A stretch of DNA of 63,369 bases, filler included, from Trichosphaerium sp. ATCC 40318 (taxonomy: Eukaryota; Protista; Tubulinea), in the NCBI GenBank assembly GCA_038496445.1. It is 4 parts of 4 records of this genome, joined end to end, with 100 filler letters (N's around TTAATTAATTAA, not from the genome) between each part and the next. Parts side by side here need not be neighbours in the genome. Positions count along the whole stretch, not along the records: positions 35,209 to 58,338 come from JALMLS010000254.1; 3 more parts are not named here. One strand, written 5' to 3'. Shown piece after piece: positions 35,447 through 49,074 of the stretch. Every line of letters starts with the position of its first letter. Position 1 is the first letter of the stretch. Under the pieces are notes generated by a model that was not told where the DNA came from, searched no databases, and saw only the letters and a list, made by a program, of their open reading frames with translations. Position numbers and translations under genes: made by a program.

Positions 35447-38079
35447 ATGTTAAACGAAAGCTCTGACGAAGAATTTTCTGATTTCGAGGATGATGACGAT
35501 TTCCTAGCTCAACGAGAGAAATGGGATAGCAAATCAATACAGGAAGGCTCTAATGGCACGTGGGTACCTAAAATCAAAAAACGTGCCAAAACAACAACAG
35601 CAAATGCGGTTTTTCTCTATTTTCATTAACCTGATTCTGTGATGTTAGGCCTCGTAGATCCAGAGCACTTTATGATGAGAAGGACCTTCAACACAAGCGG
35701 CTTTGTTAAAAAGTATCCACCCAAAGTTAATGGCGCAAGGAAGCAAACTGTGTATAAAACAATAGCAGAGTATGCTAAACACGGTACAGCATCTTCAAAA
35801 GTGGTTGTTACGAAAGTAAATGTCGCAAAGTTCCCTGATAACGCAGGTACAAACACTTTTGAAGTATAAGCTTCATGGCAAGATTCATGCCAAAATGCAC
35901 AAGATTCACAAACTTGAACTTTTTTTTGTTTATCACGTGCGCCCATGGGCGAAACATTTGTTTTAAGTCTTGATATTTTTATAAGAAAGGCGTTAATCTT
36001 GACGCTGTTTATCACGTGTTTTCAATCATTTTATGATTAGAATCTGAATTTAATAGGATTCGGTATTTCATTTGTTTGGCATGACCCTGAGCGCAAAGCA
36101 AAAGAAGTACAGGTTGTTGGTACATTCAACACATGGCGAAGAGATAGACCAATTAATCTTCAGTGTATTGAGTTACACACAGGTACGTAAAAACACTGTG
36201 TTGTTTTGTATTCCCAACTTTAACTTGAAAATGTAGAGAATGTTTGGGCTACAGTTGTATCAGAACTACCAGAGCTCGATGATGAAGATGCCAGCCACGA
36301 ATATATATTTATAGTTGATGGCAAAGAGGTACAAGCATTATCATACGCTTTTTATTGAATTATTTTCAGGTTGTTGATGACACTAAAAGAGTTGTGGATC
36401 ACACAGACGAAAATGGAAAAGCGAATATTTTAGAAGATACTGAAGAACACTACTTACGAATAGAATCAACTGAAGGACCATTCTTGTACTGTGATAAGGT
36501 ATCTAAAACCTCACAACTTTTTTTTGTTTTGTGCTAAACACTTTTTTTTAGGAGCCACAAGTACGTACAATACATGTATTGTAATGGTACATTTAATTTA
36601 CTAAATAACATAGCCAAACGATTTCAGTTGGTACCTCAACTTCGCACAGAGGTAAAGTTGCAATTCATTACACAGCTCTTTGTTTGAATTGTTTAATTGA
36701 TTGGTTTTAGAGACGTTTTCAAGTACTATGGCGCAAAAAGTTTATTTGCTCAAGACGAAATTCAAGTTGCAGAGCATCCAGCTCTTGCTTCAATTCGTGA
36801 AAGTACGTTTTGCTGAACAACGCATGAATTTTCTTGATATTGTTATTGGTCTTAATGCTATTACAGTGCTACTCGTAAAGGCAAATCGGGATGATGGTGA
36901 TATAAAGCAATTAGGTACTCATACACGCACACTAGAAGAAGGAAACCTTGCTTCTTCATCTCCAACACCCATTCTTATTCGGTACATTCATTTTGTTTTT
37001 TATCAAAATACTGAGTTGGTTTTTAATAGTGGCGTTGAACGTCTTGGTGTTATTGATACAGATAAGCTGTATGGCGTAAAATTAGGAAGAACGAAATCAA
37101 AGAAGGCAATTAAAGCTGGAATTTCCAAAGTTGAGAATGGACCTACAGTGACTAATCTTATTTGGTATGGAAATAATATTCGTATAATTTAATTCAACTG
37201 ACCTTTTATGTTAGCATGCAAGCACCAGGTGCCGAAAGTTTTGTACTAGAAAGGAATTGTATAACTTCAAAAAGGTTGTCAGAAAGATTGGGGAAAAGAG
37301 TACAAAAAGTGGCAGCTTGAGTATGCGTTACGTACTGCTTACACATCATTTGTATCTGGTACCCTTTCATTCGTTCAGGATTTTGTTTCCATTAACTTGA
37401 TGTTTGTAGCTGTTCATGAATCAAAGATGGGCCTCGCAGAAAAGAACGCCAATGGTGATGAAGAACAGGATAGCGATGATGACTTGTCTGACTCTGATGA
37501 CGAGTCTGAAGATGATGATTTCTGTGTAATTATACACACTGGCAACTGGTACGTTCTAATACAAGTATTAGTTTGATTTTAATCTGATAATTGAAAATAG
37601 GGTTGTGGAGCGTAAGTTATTTCAATTATGAGTAGAAAACGGACAAGTTTTATTGTTAAATGTCTTGATAGGTATGGCAATGATTGTGAGTTGATGGCAC
37701 TAATTCAAATTGCTGCTGCTTATTATGCCAAAGTAAACATACTCGTTTACTATCCACTTGATGATAAAGGCGCGGTATGATTTAACAACAAACAAATTAT
37801 TAGTTTTTCTTTCTAATAAGTTATTCACATTCTTCACAGAAAGCACTAGATTCTGCACAGTCACTATGGAGTGCATGGATAGGAGATGAGGATAGTGATG
37901 ATGAAGATGATGAAGAAGGTGATAAGAGTGGCGGTGAGAAGGAAAGATACGAAGTACGTCACAATGATTGGTTTGTAGTTCAACAAAGTTTATTTTCGCA
38001 ATAGGTGCACTGCCCTTACATGTTCTTGGATATGCTGTACAAGAGAAAGTATAAATGGAATAAAGGCAACAACACCTAA
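35447..38079 (+). CDS. PARG-like (poly-ADP-ribose glycohydrolase fold) protein with an inserted CBM48/AMPK-beta-like domain, multi-exon
   Basis: LFAQDEIQVAEHPALASIRE (~36742-36800), PTPILIR-GVER, IHTGNW-GCGA-YG. CBM48-like FVWHD..EVQVVGTFNTW..HEYIFIVDG (~36070-36325). Confidence 0.75.
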
Positions 38080-38779
38080 ATATACAAGAAAGCATAAGTG
38101 TTAAACAACCAAAACAACAAATAATAAAACTTAAGCAACATGTTATGTATGCATGATCTCAAACACCTTCTTTTTCACTCGGTTTTCGAACAGTTTTGTT
38201 ACCTTTCTGAACCGTCATTATGGTTACTCAAGCCGGTCAAATAACACACATAGTTATTCAGTAGAAAATCTTCCCTGCTCGTGGGACTGTAACTTAATAA
38301 TTGCTTTAAAAATACTGGTGGTAGGCTGTGTTAAAATAAATCACTGATGTGACTGCTATTCACATTATTGCTTTACATGTCTTTTTTTTTTTTTTTTGAT
38401 AGAGAAAATTAATGACATTTATTGGTACCACTAATTTCTTCACTTTACTTCAGTTACGATTTGAGTATCACAACTTCGTGGCACATTTCACCAGCACAAG
38501 TGTGCAGGTAATAATATTGAACAAAACGCCTGTTTGAGGTATTCAAAAAGAAATCGCTTCAAAGAGCTTTATTTCTGCCAGTTACACTGTAAGCTGCTCT
38601 TACAGTATAATAATTAATAATTCAATCCATTCAAAGTTATTTGACCTGCGTAGACTGTCAAACAAGCCTTCAGGGTAAAAGCCATTTTCTGTACAACTAC
38701 CCACAGGATTTTCTTGGCAATCAAACACTAATATTGTACGGTTTAAATTATCTTTTTTAATGCTAATTTGAAAAAACAG

Positions 38780-40388
38780 GCACAGTGCTCCATGTGGAGA
38801 ATTTCGGATTCAAAGCAGCAAGAGTTTAAAACACTATTCTACAAAGAAGATAGTACCAATACTGGTTACATTTCAGGAAAACGATGCAAACAGCTGTTTG
38901 TGCAATACAACTTGCAGTATGATAACAATGTCAACTCTACCAGTGTCATGTGTATTAATTTCTTCTGTTACATTATAGTAAAATGGACTTGGCAATGATA
39001 TGGGGCATTGCTGATCAAGATGAGAGTGGCAGATTGAATATCCTTGAATTCACTGTTGCCATGTTTCTCATAGATGGAATCAAATGTAAAACCTTACCTC
39101 GTGTGCCTACAGATGTACCTCCTGAACTCAAAATCGACTATGAAAATGGTACCATCGGTGGGACAACTGGCGCTGGTGTGGCTACCAGTAGTAACAAGTA
39201 CGAGACACAAAAAAAACCAGTTGAACAAATACCAACTTTTCTTCCAATTCAGAGAGCAAGAACACCTTGAAGATTCAAAGGACATGTGGTGTATACCAGA
39301 TTCAGAGATGAAAACATACAAAGCTCTGTTTCATAAACTAGATACGTCTAACGTTGGATACATTGATGGACAACATTGCAAAGAATTATTTGTTTCTTAC
39401 AAAATGGGGTATGCAACATGTGATATAAAACGTTTTTTGTGCTTATCTATTATTAAAGAAACGCACAATTGGCAGTTATTTGGAGTATCGCTGATCAAAA
39501 CAGGAGAGGCAGATTGAATGTTCTCGAATTCACAGTTGCCATGTTTCTCCTAAATGGAATCAAAAATAAAACTGTAACTCATATACCTGCAGATGTTCCT
39601 CCGGAACTAAAAATCGATTATATACATGGCACTATTGGTCCCAGTGCAGAGGGAAATTCAGAAGGTAATGGAGCTGGTATGATAACTAGTGGCACTAAGT
39701 ACGAACACAAAAAAGATCTTTCTCAGTATTTTTTGCAAAGTCTTCTGAACAAGTCTCACTTAAACTTTACCTAGAACAGAAGTTCAAAATAGTGATAAAA
39801 AATTATGGTGTATACCCGATTCAGATATACAAGCATACAAAGCTCTGTTTCTTAAACATGACACCTCTGACGTTGGATACATTGATACCCAACAAGGCAA
39901 AGATTTATTTTTGCTTTCCAAACTAGGGTACAGACACATGCCAAAAAAACCAACTTGTTCCTGAATATCGTTTTAGAACTTCACAGTTATCACGTATATG
40001 GACCATTGCTGATCAAGACGGGAGTGGCAGATTGAATATTCTTGAGTTCACTGTTGCCATGTTTCTCATAGACGGAATCAAACATAAAACCTTACCTCAT
40101 GTGCCTACAGATGTACCTCCTGAACTAAAAATAGATTATACAAATGGTACCATCGGTGGTAAACCAATAGATATTACATCTGCCAAAAGCTACAAAAAAT
40201 TAGAGTGGACTAAGATATTGACAATGTCAGGTTTTGACAAACAACGCACACAAAAACTTGGGTTACTGTTGAACCGTATGTGTGTTGATGACATACATGA
40301 AATAACAGGTGAAGTTATGAAGGAATTAGGCTTTACAGTGCTAGAACGTGCAAAATTTGTAAAGTATCAAAACAACTCCTTGGAGTAA
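38780..40388 (+). CDS. EH (Eps15 homology) domain protein, three EH repeats plus possible C-terminal SAM-like domain
   Basis: Three repeats of W.I..S....(F/Y)K.LF...D....GYI and IW.IADQ...GRLN.LEFTVAMFL....P..VPPEL. Confidence 0.9.
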
Positions 40389-40665
40389 AGATAAATTAGT
40401 GAGTAGTTGACTTATATAAAAGTTATGCATTATGGTCACTTAGTTGGTAATACACTATTGTTTCCATTATTTACTATGGTGTACAAGTAGCAGTACAGTA
40501 ACACTTGTCAAGCGAAACTTCAATTGCTTCATCCAATGTTGTTTTTGTTGATAAACAAAAGAAGTATTGACGTTTCACAAAGCCATAATAGTTTTTTTAA
40601 CCTAATAACTTGATTTTATTTTAGAAAAACGCACGTGTTTTTGTGGATATTATCGTTTCTAAAAC

Positions 40666-42371
40666 TTATTTGTTTTGGCTTTCTTTTAGTTGTTCCTTAA
40701 GTTCTTGAACTTCTTTTTGAAGCGCTATTTTATCTTCATAAAGCTTCTTATATTCCACCTCTACTCCATTCTCATAACTCGTATAAGTCACCTCCTCTTC
40801 ATAATCATCATCTACTGTTCTAATCATATAAAATCCATGTAACTTATTATTCTTGTAAGAACAAGACTTCATTAATACTCCGCTAAAGTTCCATTTTTTA
40901 TACTCTCCTTCTAACTTTCCATTATCATCATAAAAGCAATCTAATTGCATTACTCCTTTGTAATTCCATTCGTCATATTTACCAACTTTTACTCCATTTT
41001 TGTAAAAGCAATGAACACAGTACTTACCATCATCATTCCAAGTCTGATACTCTCCATCAAGCTTATCATTCTTATAAAAACAACACTTTGTAAATTCTCC
41101 ATGGTAACCCCACTCAGTACATTCTCCCTCCTTCATACCTTCCTTAAAGAAGTGCTTCTCCTTTAACTGGCCATTATCATAAAATTCTTTAAATTCTCCT
41201 TCTTCTAATCCATCTTTAAATCCAACAACTGATTTCAGTTGTCCGTTCTCATGCCACTTTTTTTTCTCACCTTGCATCTTCCCGTCTTTATAAAAACACT
41301 CAACTTTCAGTTGACCATTACTAGGGTACCAGCATTTGTATTCACCATGTCCAACTGCTGAGATAGAGCTGCTAACCAAATTCAGGCGGCGTGATCTGCG
41401 ATCTGCTTGTTTTTCTTTAATTTCACTCTCACTGACTTCTTTGTAGAAAGCAGAACACTCCAACCGCCCACCCTCATCAAATTTCCTCTTTTCTATTATG
41501 TTAAGACCACTTTGCGTTTTAGTAAAAACACGTGTTTTGTACAACACCCCAGAGTCAGGACGTAAAAACTTGTGTTCACCTGTTTTCTCACCATCCTTGT
41601 AACTACCTTTAAATATCACTTGATTAGTTCTACTCCATTTTGTACAATCCCCATGATACTCATTATCCTTGTAATAGCTGTGCTCCTTTAATGAACCATC
41701 ATTGTGCCACTCCATATACAAACCCTGTTTTTCTCCATTTTTATAGAAACACTGACGAACATCAACACCGTCTTTATTCCATTCTTGAAACTCTCCTTCC
41801 ATCTTTCCATTATCATTAAAACAATACGCTTTATGTAACTGTCCATTCTCATGCCATACCTTTGTTTCTCCTTTAGGCTTTCCTTCAATAACGAATCCAG
41901 TTAAATGGATTTGTCCATTTGAATACCACGTTGTAGCTTTTCCAGCAACGTGATCGTTCTTGTTTTGCCATTGGTGACTTATTTGCCCGTCTTTATACCA
42001 AGCTAAAAACATGCCTTCCTTGATTCCCTCTTGGTAGTAGCACTTCTCTTTCAAATTACCATTATTGTGCCATTGTATCCAAAGACCGTTTTTACTGAGA
42101 TTTCTGTAAAAAACGAAAAAGTTAGGCGGCGCATTGGTTTTTGCGATGAGAACTAACGCAAAAGCGGTAAAATCAGTCTGGTACGTACGCGTTAAAATGG
42201 GTCTTCACAGCTGCTAGTTTTGACAGCGAATGTAACGATTTAAAGGTGTGTTTGTTGTAATTGCTTATTTCGACCTTTAAAAGTATGTTAGTCGCGTTAA
42301 AAGTGAATGCAAGTCGTAAAGATCTTCGCCAGACGTACTAGTATATCGCATGGTAAACTAAGCAAATTCAT
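40666..42371 (-). CDS. MORN_2 (YwqK-like) repeat protein with F-box-like N-terminus
   Basis: 462-aa ORF of W.xNG repeats, with upstream exon MNLLSLPCDILVRLAKI. Confidence 0.85.
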
Positions 42372-42935
42372 AGCTGTAAAACCTCTTTGACGCACGCTAG
42401 CGTTAATTAGTGTAAAATTGGGCTTAGATCTGATTTTAGCGGGCTTTGTTACCTTTTTCTTTTGATCATTTGCCGGCAATAGTGTTTACAACACGTAAAA
42501 TTTATCGAGTAACTAACAGGATTGGCGCAGTTTAGACAAAATCAGGCTATTGGTAGCTATGAAAAACGTGTTGACTTTTTTGAGAATCAATTGGGAGACG
42601 CTGTTGTCCATGAACTGGCAGAGCCTATATAGATAGCGTACCTCACCACAACATCATATCTGACCAATGTAGATGTAACGATTGAAGTACACGTGCCACT
42701 AAAGAGTTATTCTTTGTTGCTATGTTTGATTTGTTGTGCGTTTGGTTTTCAGTTACAACTGTTGGAGTAGTAGATATTTCTGTTACACCTTGTTAAGAAG
42801 GTTTTATTTTATGTACAAGTGAGGTATGTACAAAACAAAAATTATTTACACAACTACAAAGTCTACATCAGACACAGAAATTTCTTTAGCTTTTCTATTC
42901 GCATCTAAGACCACGTGTTAACTTTTTGGGTTTTT

Positions 42936-44879
42936 TTACTGTTGCGGTGTATCCGTGCCCATTCCAATATCTTCGTATGTCATTGGGGGAGCAGATGGAC
43001 TGTGCTGGATTGGAAGAGGTGCCTAAAAAAGGTGAGTAAAAAAGGTTTGAATGGTTTATGTTTTCTTTTTGTTCGTACACTGCCCAAGCCTTGCTGATGA
43101 GGCTGCGCGTACGCTTTAGGCATTTGAGGGTTTACATAAGCTTGTGGATTCGCATTAGGCGCCTAGTGAGCAACGGTTAAGGGAGAAAAGTAAATAGTTT
43201 GTTTTGAACCTGTACAACTTGAGGAGGTTGTTGAACAATGTTGTTGTTGTGGTAATGGTGATGATGTACATGGACCACAGTAGGTGCAGGTGCAGCCTTT
43301 GTCGGTGGAGGGCGTGGTATAATCAACAAAGGACAATTGAGAGTAAGCTATGAAACGAATAAGCTGGTAAAAGATAACCTCAAAATGCACCTCTGGGCTT
43401 CTTCTAACAAATACTGTAACAACTAAGAAATATCTAACGCTTATTGTCTTTGCTGTGTCAATAGTTGGATTTATATCTGTAGGTATTTGAACATTTATAG
43501 GTAGTTCAAATATGGATACAGGAGTAGGAGAAAACCTAAAGAGAAATCAACAAAGGCAAAAAAACTTGATATTTCATTGTAAAACTCGTTTGTTTTCTTC
43601 GCGTCAGACACTCGCAAATAACGTTGGAGTATTGATAGGTGTAGCATTGGTTATAGTAGAAGGACGTAGACAAAAGCGTATGAAGTTAAATTGTAGTTTG
43701 TAATATAGTGTGAAAACGCAACAATGGCGTTCCTTTTATCTTTATGTCACGTGATTTTAAAATATCGATAAATTGTGTACGTACTGTGACATCATATAAT
43801 CTGCGTGAGAGAACGCAAGATTATCACGTAAGTTACCAGCAGCCCAAATCTGTCTAATGTCCACTGAGAATTTCGAGATTGGAAGCAAAGCCTTATTTTC
43901 AATTTTTAGATGAATTGCCATCACATCTCCTAGAAATATGTTAAGAATGTATCCATATTAATTAAAAGCAATAGTAGATGGTTACATAAAGTACTACGAA
44001 AAATTATAGGCGCGTACCAGGGAACATGGCATGTCTTAAGAGAGTACATTCTGTTTTAATAGGTTTTGAAGAAACACTTTTTGTTTGAGCAAATAGGGTC
44101 TGTGGTCTAGCAACTGGAGTAGGATCTGCTAGAACGAATACCTCCTGTGACGCTTGACCTATTTTTTTTTCAAAAAACATCAGTGTTTACAGATACGAAG
44201 CAACGTAAAACTCCAAAAAAGAAACAAAAAGAACCTTCACAAAACAAAAAAAAATCTAAAGACAACTCAGGAGTTGGTGCAAAAAGTTGGTCTGGAATAT
44301 TGTTTACACTCTAACAAATTGATCTGAGTTTGTTGATCTTTTTTGTGACACTTGTACACGTGAAAGTTAAGAACTTACTGTTAGGGTATCCGGGTACTTC
44401 TAAATGTGCGCTTAGCGTGTATCTGAGGCGAAATATGCCCTTGGGATGACCACACGTTGACGGGATACCCATTGGGAGTTGAATTTCAAAAGGAAATGTA
44501 TGTTCACCTACGGGTAATTTAATCGCGTTATTGCGTATTAAGTGATGGTTTTTACCTCCTGGAAGACGTTTTGAATATAACGGATTTGAAGGATCGCCTA
44601 TGAGGTAACGAACACGTTCTAGTACTTTAACCCTCTTTACGTTGGATTTGGTGATACTCCCTTTGCGTTTCTTTTTTCTTGTGGGCTCTACGATACTTTC
44701 GACGCCAACAAACGCGATACGCAAATATCTACGCTTATGTTATTTATTGGTTGTATAATAACGCGACTTTACCTTATTGTAAGCGGTTTAGCTTTACCAT
44801 AGCTGACATGTCCTCGTATTGTTTCGCCAGCATACCAATGATGTCGTTTTTCGTTCAGCTTTATCGCAAATCGCACCAT
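42936..44879 (-). CDS. Alpha-arrestin domain protein, multi-exon
   Basis: WYAGETIRGHV, LPVGEHTFPFEIQLPMGIPST..RLRYTL, arrestin-C IPTDINPTI..ISVRYFLVV, and a Pro/Gln-rich tail ending PSAPPMTYED. Confidence 0.88.
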
Positions 44880-45587
44880 CACCGAGTTTATTTTTTTTTT
44901 TGCTTTTTTTTCTTTCAGCAAACGAAAAGCTCCCAGTTTTCTATCCGAAATCACATAGTTGCTTGAAGAAATAGAAAGTCCTTTGTGAGCATAAATTTGC
45001 TTCCATTAGAGCTCAAAAAGAAACGACAATCACATAGAACAAGCCTTGAAAACGTACCACAACTGGATGTACTGCTAGCGCATCAAATTTGTTGGTACGG
45101 TGAAATCCCTTGTCTACCCTTTTTCACTGTATTATGGCCTAGTACCTTCGAGGTTTTGTACTTGGGCAGCATCGCTTTTGAGGCGTTTTCAGAAATCCCG
45201 AAAAATACCTAGGTAGGATATGTATAGCAACATAGCTACATGTTGAAAGTAGCGATTGAAGATACGATGGTTGCGAGTTGTCAAAATATTTCATAATTTT
45301 TCGAAACATCTCAAAAGCGATAATGCCCCAGATCACACGTACCAGACAAATTAGAAGATCAAGCTTATTTAAATTGATTTTGCACAGTATGATGGACTAC
45401 ATCCAAATCAACAATCCTGTTGAAGTCTCACCGTTGTAACGCGATAAGTAATACTTGGGATACTTTTCATTCTGACAAAGGGGTAAGTTTTTAAGGCTTG
45501 AATAAAGGCACAAGTATCCAATTGTTCATCTATTCACACATCAAGTACACAGTGATTGCTATGTAATCTACGCAATAACACTTTCTG

Positions 45588-46181
45588 TTATTCTACCCAA
45601 GTCATATGTATCTGTCCCTGCTCACGCCATTCTCTGCACTTACCCTTTCGTTTTCCATTAACATAGTTGTAGTGTTTCCATAGTACACCGTTTTTATACC
45701 ACTTCTTGTACTCTCCATCAAGATTACTACTTACATAATTACATTGAGTGCTGATTTGTCCAGTGTAGTACCAAGTTCTGTACTCTCGTTCAAGATTACC
45801 AAGAACATAACTACAACAAAGCTTTGGACGACCATTCTTGTGCCAACTTTTGAACTCTCCATTCTCTGCACCATGATTCCAATCTTCAACACCTAAAATC
45901 TTCGGGTTTATCCTTCTAGATGGTTCTACCAAATATTTTGTCCATTTCCCATGTTTATTCAATTCGTTATCATATCTTGTTATGATTGCTGACTTTTTTG
46001 AGAGCAAAGGCCACTTTATTTCCAACTCAGTGTCCAAGTCAATTATATCAAGCTGTAGCTCTATTGGAAGATGCACTAGATAGCATTCATCTAATTCTGA
46101 GGTATTTGTCTGTTTTAACGGTTCATTAGCTATTGTAAAGGCATGTAGATTGTGAACAAGTGCCTTTTGTGTTGCTGTCAT
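45588..46181 (-). CDS. F-box-like + MORN_2 repeat protein
   Basis: LVHLPIELQLDIIDLDTELEIKWPLLSK is homologous to the 5714 protein, followed by MORN_2 repeats. Confidence 0.85.
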   Translation of the reverse strand: MTATQKALVHNLHAFTIANEPLKQTNTSELDECYLVHLPIELQLDIIDLDTELEIKWPLLSKKSAIITRYDNELNKHGKWTKYLVEPSRRINPKILGVEDWNHGAENGEFKSWHKNGRPKLCCSYVLGNLEREYRTWYYTGQISTQCNYVSSNLDGEYKKWYKNGVLWKHYNYVNGKRKGKCREWREQGQIHMTWVE

Positions 46182-46471
46182 TCTGTTACAAAGTACTGTT
46201 TTTTTTTGTACTAGAAATTAGACACGTGATAAAAAAGTTTGAACGGGACTAGTCTTGACTATTTGGCTATGGTGGTTCCTAGATGCAAACAAACCAATTT
46301 CCGCTTTGACCACATTGTACATAGAGGTACACGTTTTTAAGTTAAACACAAGATACAGTGATGGCATAATACGTATGTTTGTGCTTCTTGCCTATGGAGT
46401 CAATGAGATGCAACTATGAAGGAGCCCTAATGTGGGTCTTAAATGTAGCCATAGACTTATTAAACTAGAAT

Positions 46472-48800
46472 TTATTCATTCGTTTCTGTCTTCTTGGAAG
46501 TATAAAAAGCATATCTGCTTTTTGTCTTTGTAGTAATGCTTCCTTCTTCAGTAATACTTGCTTCAGAAAGTGTTTCATATCCTACTGTTTGTTAGATCAA
46601 ATATAACATGAAAGAAAAATACTAGTAATACTTGTGGTCTCCACTCTCTTCACTGTTTTCAGTGTGGTGCATAATTGTCATTTCATTTCCATTTTCCTTT
46701 AATCCTTCTTCTAGAAATACATCAAAAGAAAAGATAATCAAGTATAAAACAGTACGTTGCATTTTTGAGTATTCTACATGTTTTCTTCTTTTATACTTCA
46801 AGAATAAAACAATCGTCACAGACAATAGCGACACAAGGACTACAGAATATATACTACCCAGTATAATACCAGCGAGGCTGTATTTGTCAATAAGCCCTAC
46901 AGAAACAGGTTTGCCTATGAAAAAGTTACATGGTGCCAGAGGATTTCTTCATACCTTGAGTTAATGGCTTTGCCTTTGTCACTTTTACTACTACAACAAC
47001 AATTTAAGTACAGCACAATGAAAGCAAAACAATAAGAAGTACAACGTACAGCATGTTTCATTGTCAGGATTGCAAAAAGAATGCAGCTTCTGTTCACTTA
47101 CACATTGCAACAAGTGAGTGTTATCACATCTACCACAATCAATATTGTTACAAGATAATTTACTGTATCACTAACGTTAGCAAGTATAATTGTTATGAAA
47201 TAAGCACACCATTCTATAAGGCGAGAGTTGTTAAATGTCCGTTCATCAGTACAAATACTCAATAAGTTGTTTTCAAGATTCCTACAATTTTCTTATCAGA
47301 TGCCAGACACGATACAGCACCAAACAAATTTTGCTTGAATGCAACTTACATTCTTCTTAAATTATTCCCTACTGGAGGTACACTACCATATAGTAGATTA
47401 TCGCTTAGATCTCTAGTGAGCTAAGTTAGTATCAACCGCAGAAATTATCTTGCATTTGGGTTATTCGTCCTTCAAAAAAATTCTTTGGAATCAATCCAGT
47501 TATGTTGTTACTTGATAATAACCTACCGTGCCATTAGATAAATCCAATATTATTCATCGTAGACGTACAGTATACTCATGTCTCGAGGTAACTCTGTAGG
47601 TAGAGTTGTGAAAAAGTTGGCTTCTCCAAAACTAGTTTTTTGTTATTCCTAACAACCCAAGGTTAAAACGCACAAACTGACTAATCTCGATTGTGAAATA
47701 GCCTCAAGAGAACCACTTAATTCGTTTTCTGATACGTCCCTAAACAAGAAAACCAATTGGCAAACAATCATGAATGAAAATGCTTACAAGCTTAGCATTG
47801 AAGGTGATATTGCCTTTAGAGGACCATAAAAGTTGTTGTTATTGAGAGTCACAAACTGAAGTGATGTTGCATCACCAATGAAATCAGGTAAACCGCCAGT
47901 AAGTAGATTGTCTGATAAATTCCTGAAGAAAGTTAAAAAAACCTGACAGGTTAAGCAAAAACACGTGTACAAGTCCACAAGTATTGGGGAAACTGTATTT
48001 GATATCTCCCCGGTGATATTAGTACCGCGTATAGATATAATCTCTAAAGAAGCATCTAATAATGTCGGTGGTATAGTGCCATGAACTCCTCTTTGTTGAT
48101 GAATTGCGCTTAGTAATTTTTTTAGAGCGCAAAGCAGTCTCTTTTACGCAACGTACAATTCTTGAAAGTTAGAATCTACTCTGTCAAAGATATCGGGGAT
48201 AGTACCAAATAGCGTGTTTTCTTCGAAAAACAATTCCCTACGCACGTGTCATTAGACATACAGGATTATTTGATTGGTATTTTTCACGTGGATCACAGAA
48301 CGCACATTCGAGAAACCGAACTCCCTGAGCACACGAGAAAGCTATGACCAGTGCTATCTTGTATACTACACCAAGAATCAACGTTGGCTGTATCTAACTC
48401 AAAAGGCCATCCGGAGAAGCTCGCTAGAGGCACGTATAGTTAGCTATACATACCCAAACAGCATATTCACCTTTAAAGTCTTTCAAGAAGCTCACGTATC
48501 GAGAAGAGAGTTTAGCATTTACTAAAATAAAGAAGCTGAGTGCTAAAACGAATACTGACAGTAGGGTCGGATGTCGAGGACTCATTGTTGTGGCCAAGTG
48601 TTGCTGTGATTTTCTTTAAATTCAACGAACAACCTACTGGCTTAAGCCACAAAACCTGTCCACAGAAGAGCTCTTGTCTTTGGTGTATTTTCACTTACAC
48701 TATCTCCCTGTTGAAACTGGCGACAAAATTGTTGAACACTGCAGTCAAACGATACAAGAAGTATTCAGGCTATGAAGCTAACGAAAGTTTTTGCTGTAAT
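46472..48800 (-). CDS. Leucine-rich-repeat membrane protein, multi-exon (possibly defective 5' end)
   Basis: LSDNLLTGGLP, LNNNNFYGPL, LSSNNITGLIP and LSDNLLYGSVP repeats, followed by hydrophobic helices. Confidence 0.75.
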
Positions 48801-49074
48801 TGAGCGTACCTCAAGTCAAACTTTTAGCGAGCACTTTTGATGTTAGAAATTTCACTGTTTGTGGCTAATATCAGGTAAAAAACACCAAATTAAACCATTT
48901 ACGATACTGCAAGTTTATCACTTACATACAAAACTACAAGACATAACATATCAAACTAAGTGCTTGTGCAACGACCTCCACCGTCTTAGAATATGAAAAC
49001 TTATCTCAGTAAAAAATGAGTTTGAAGTATTCTGTTGTTTATTGTTCTACACTTTATCGTTCATGTCAGTTTAG

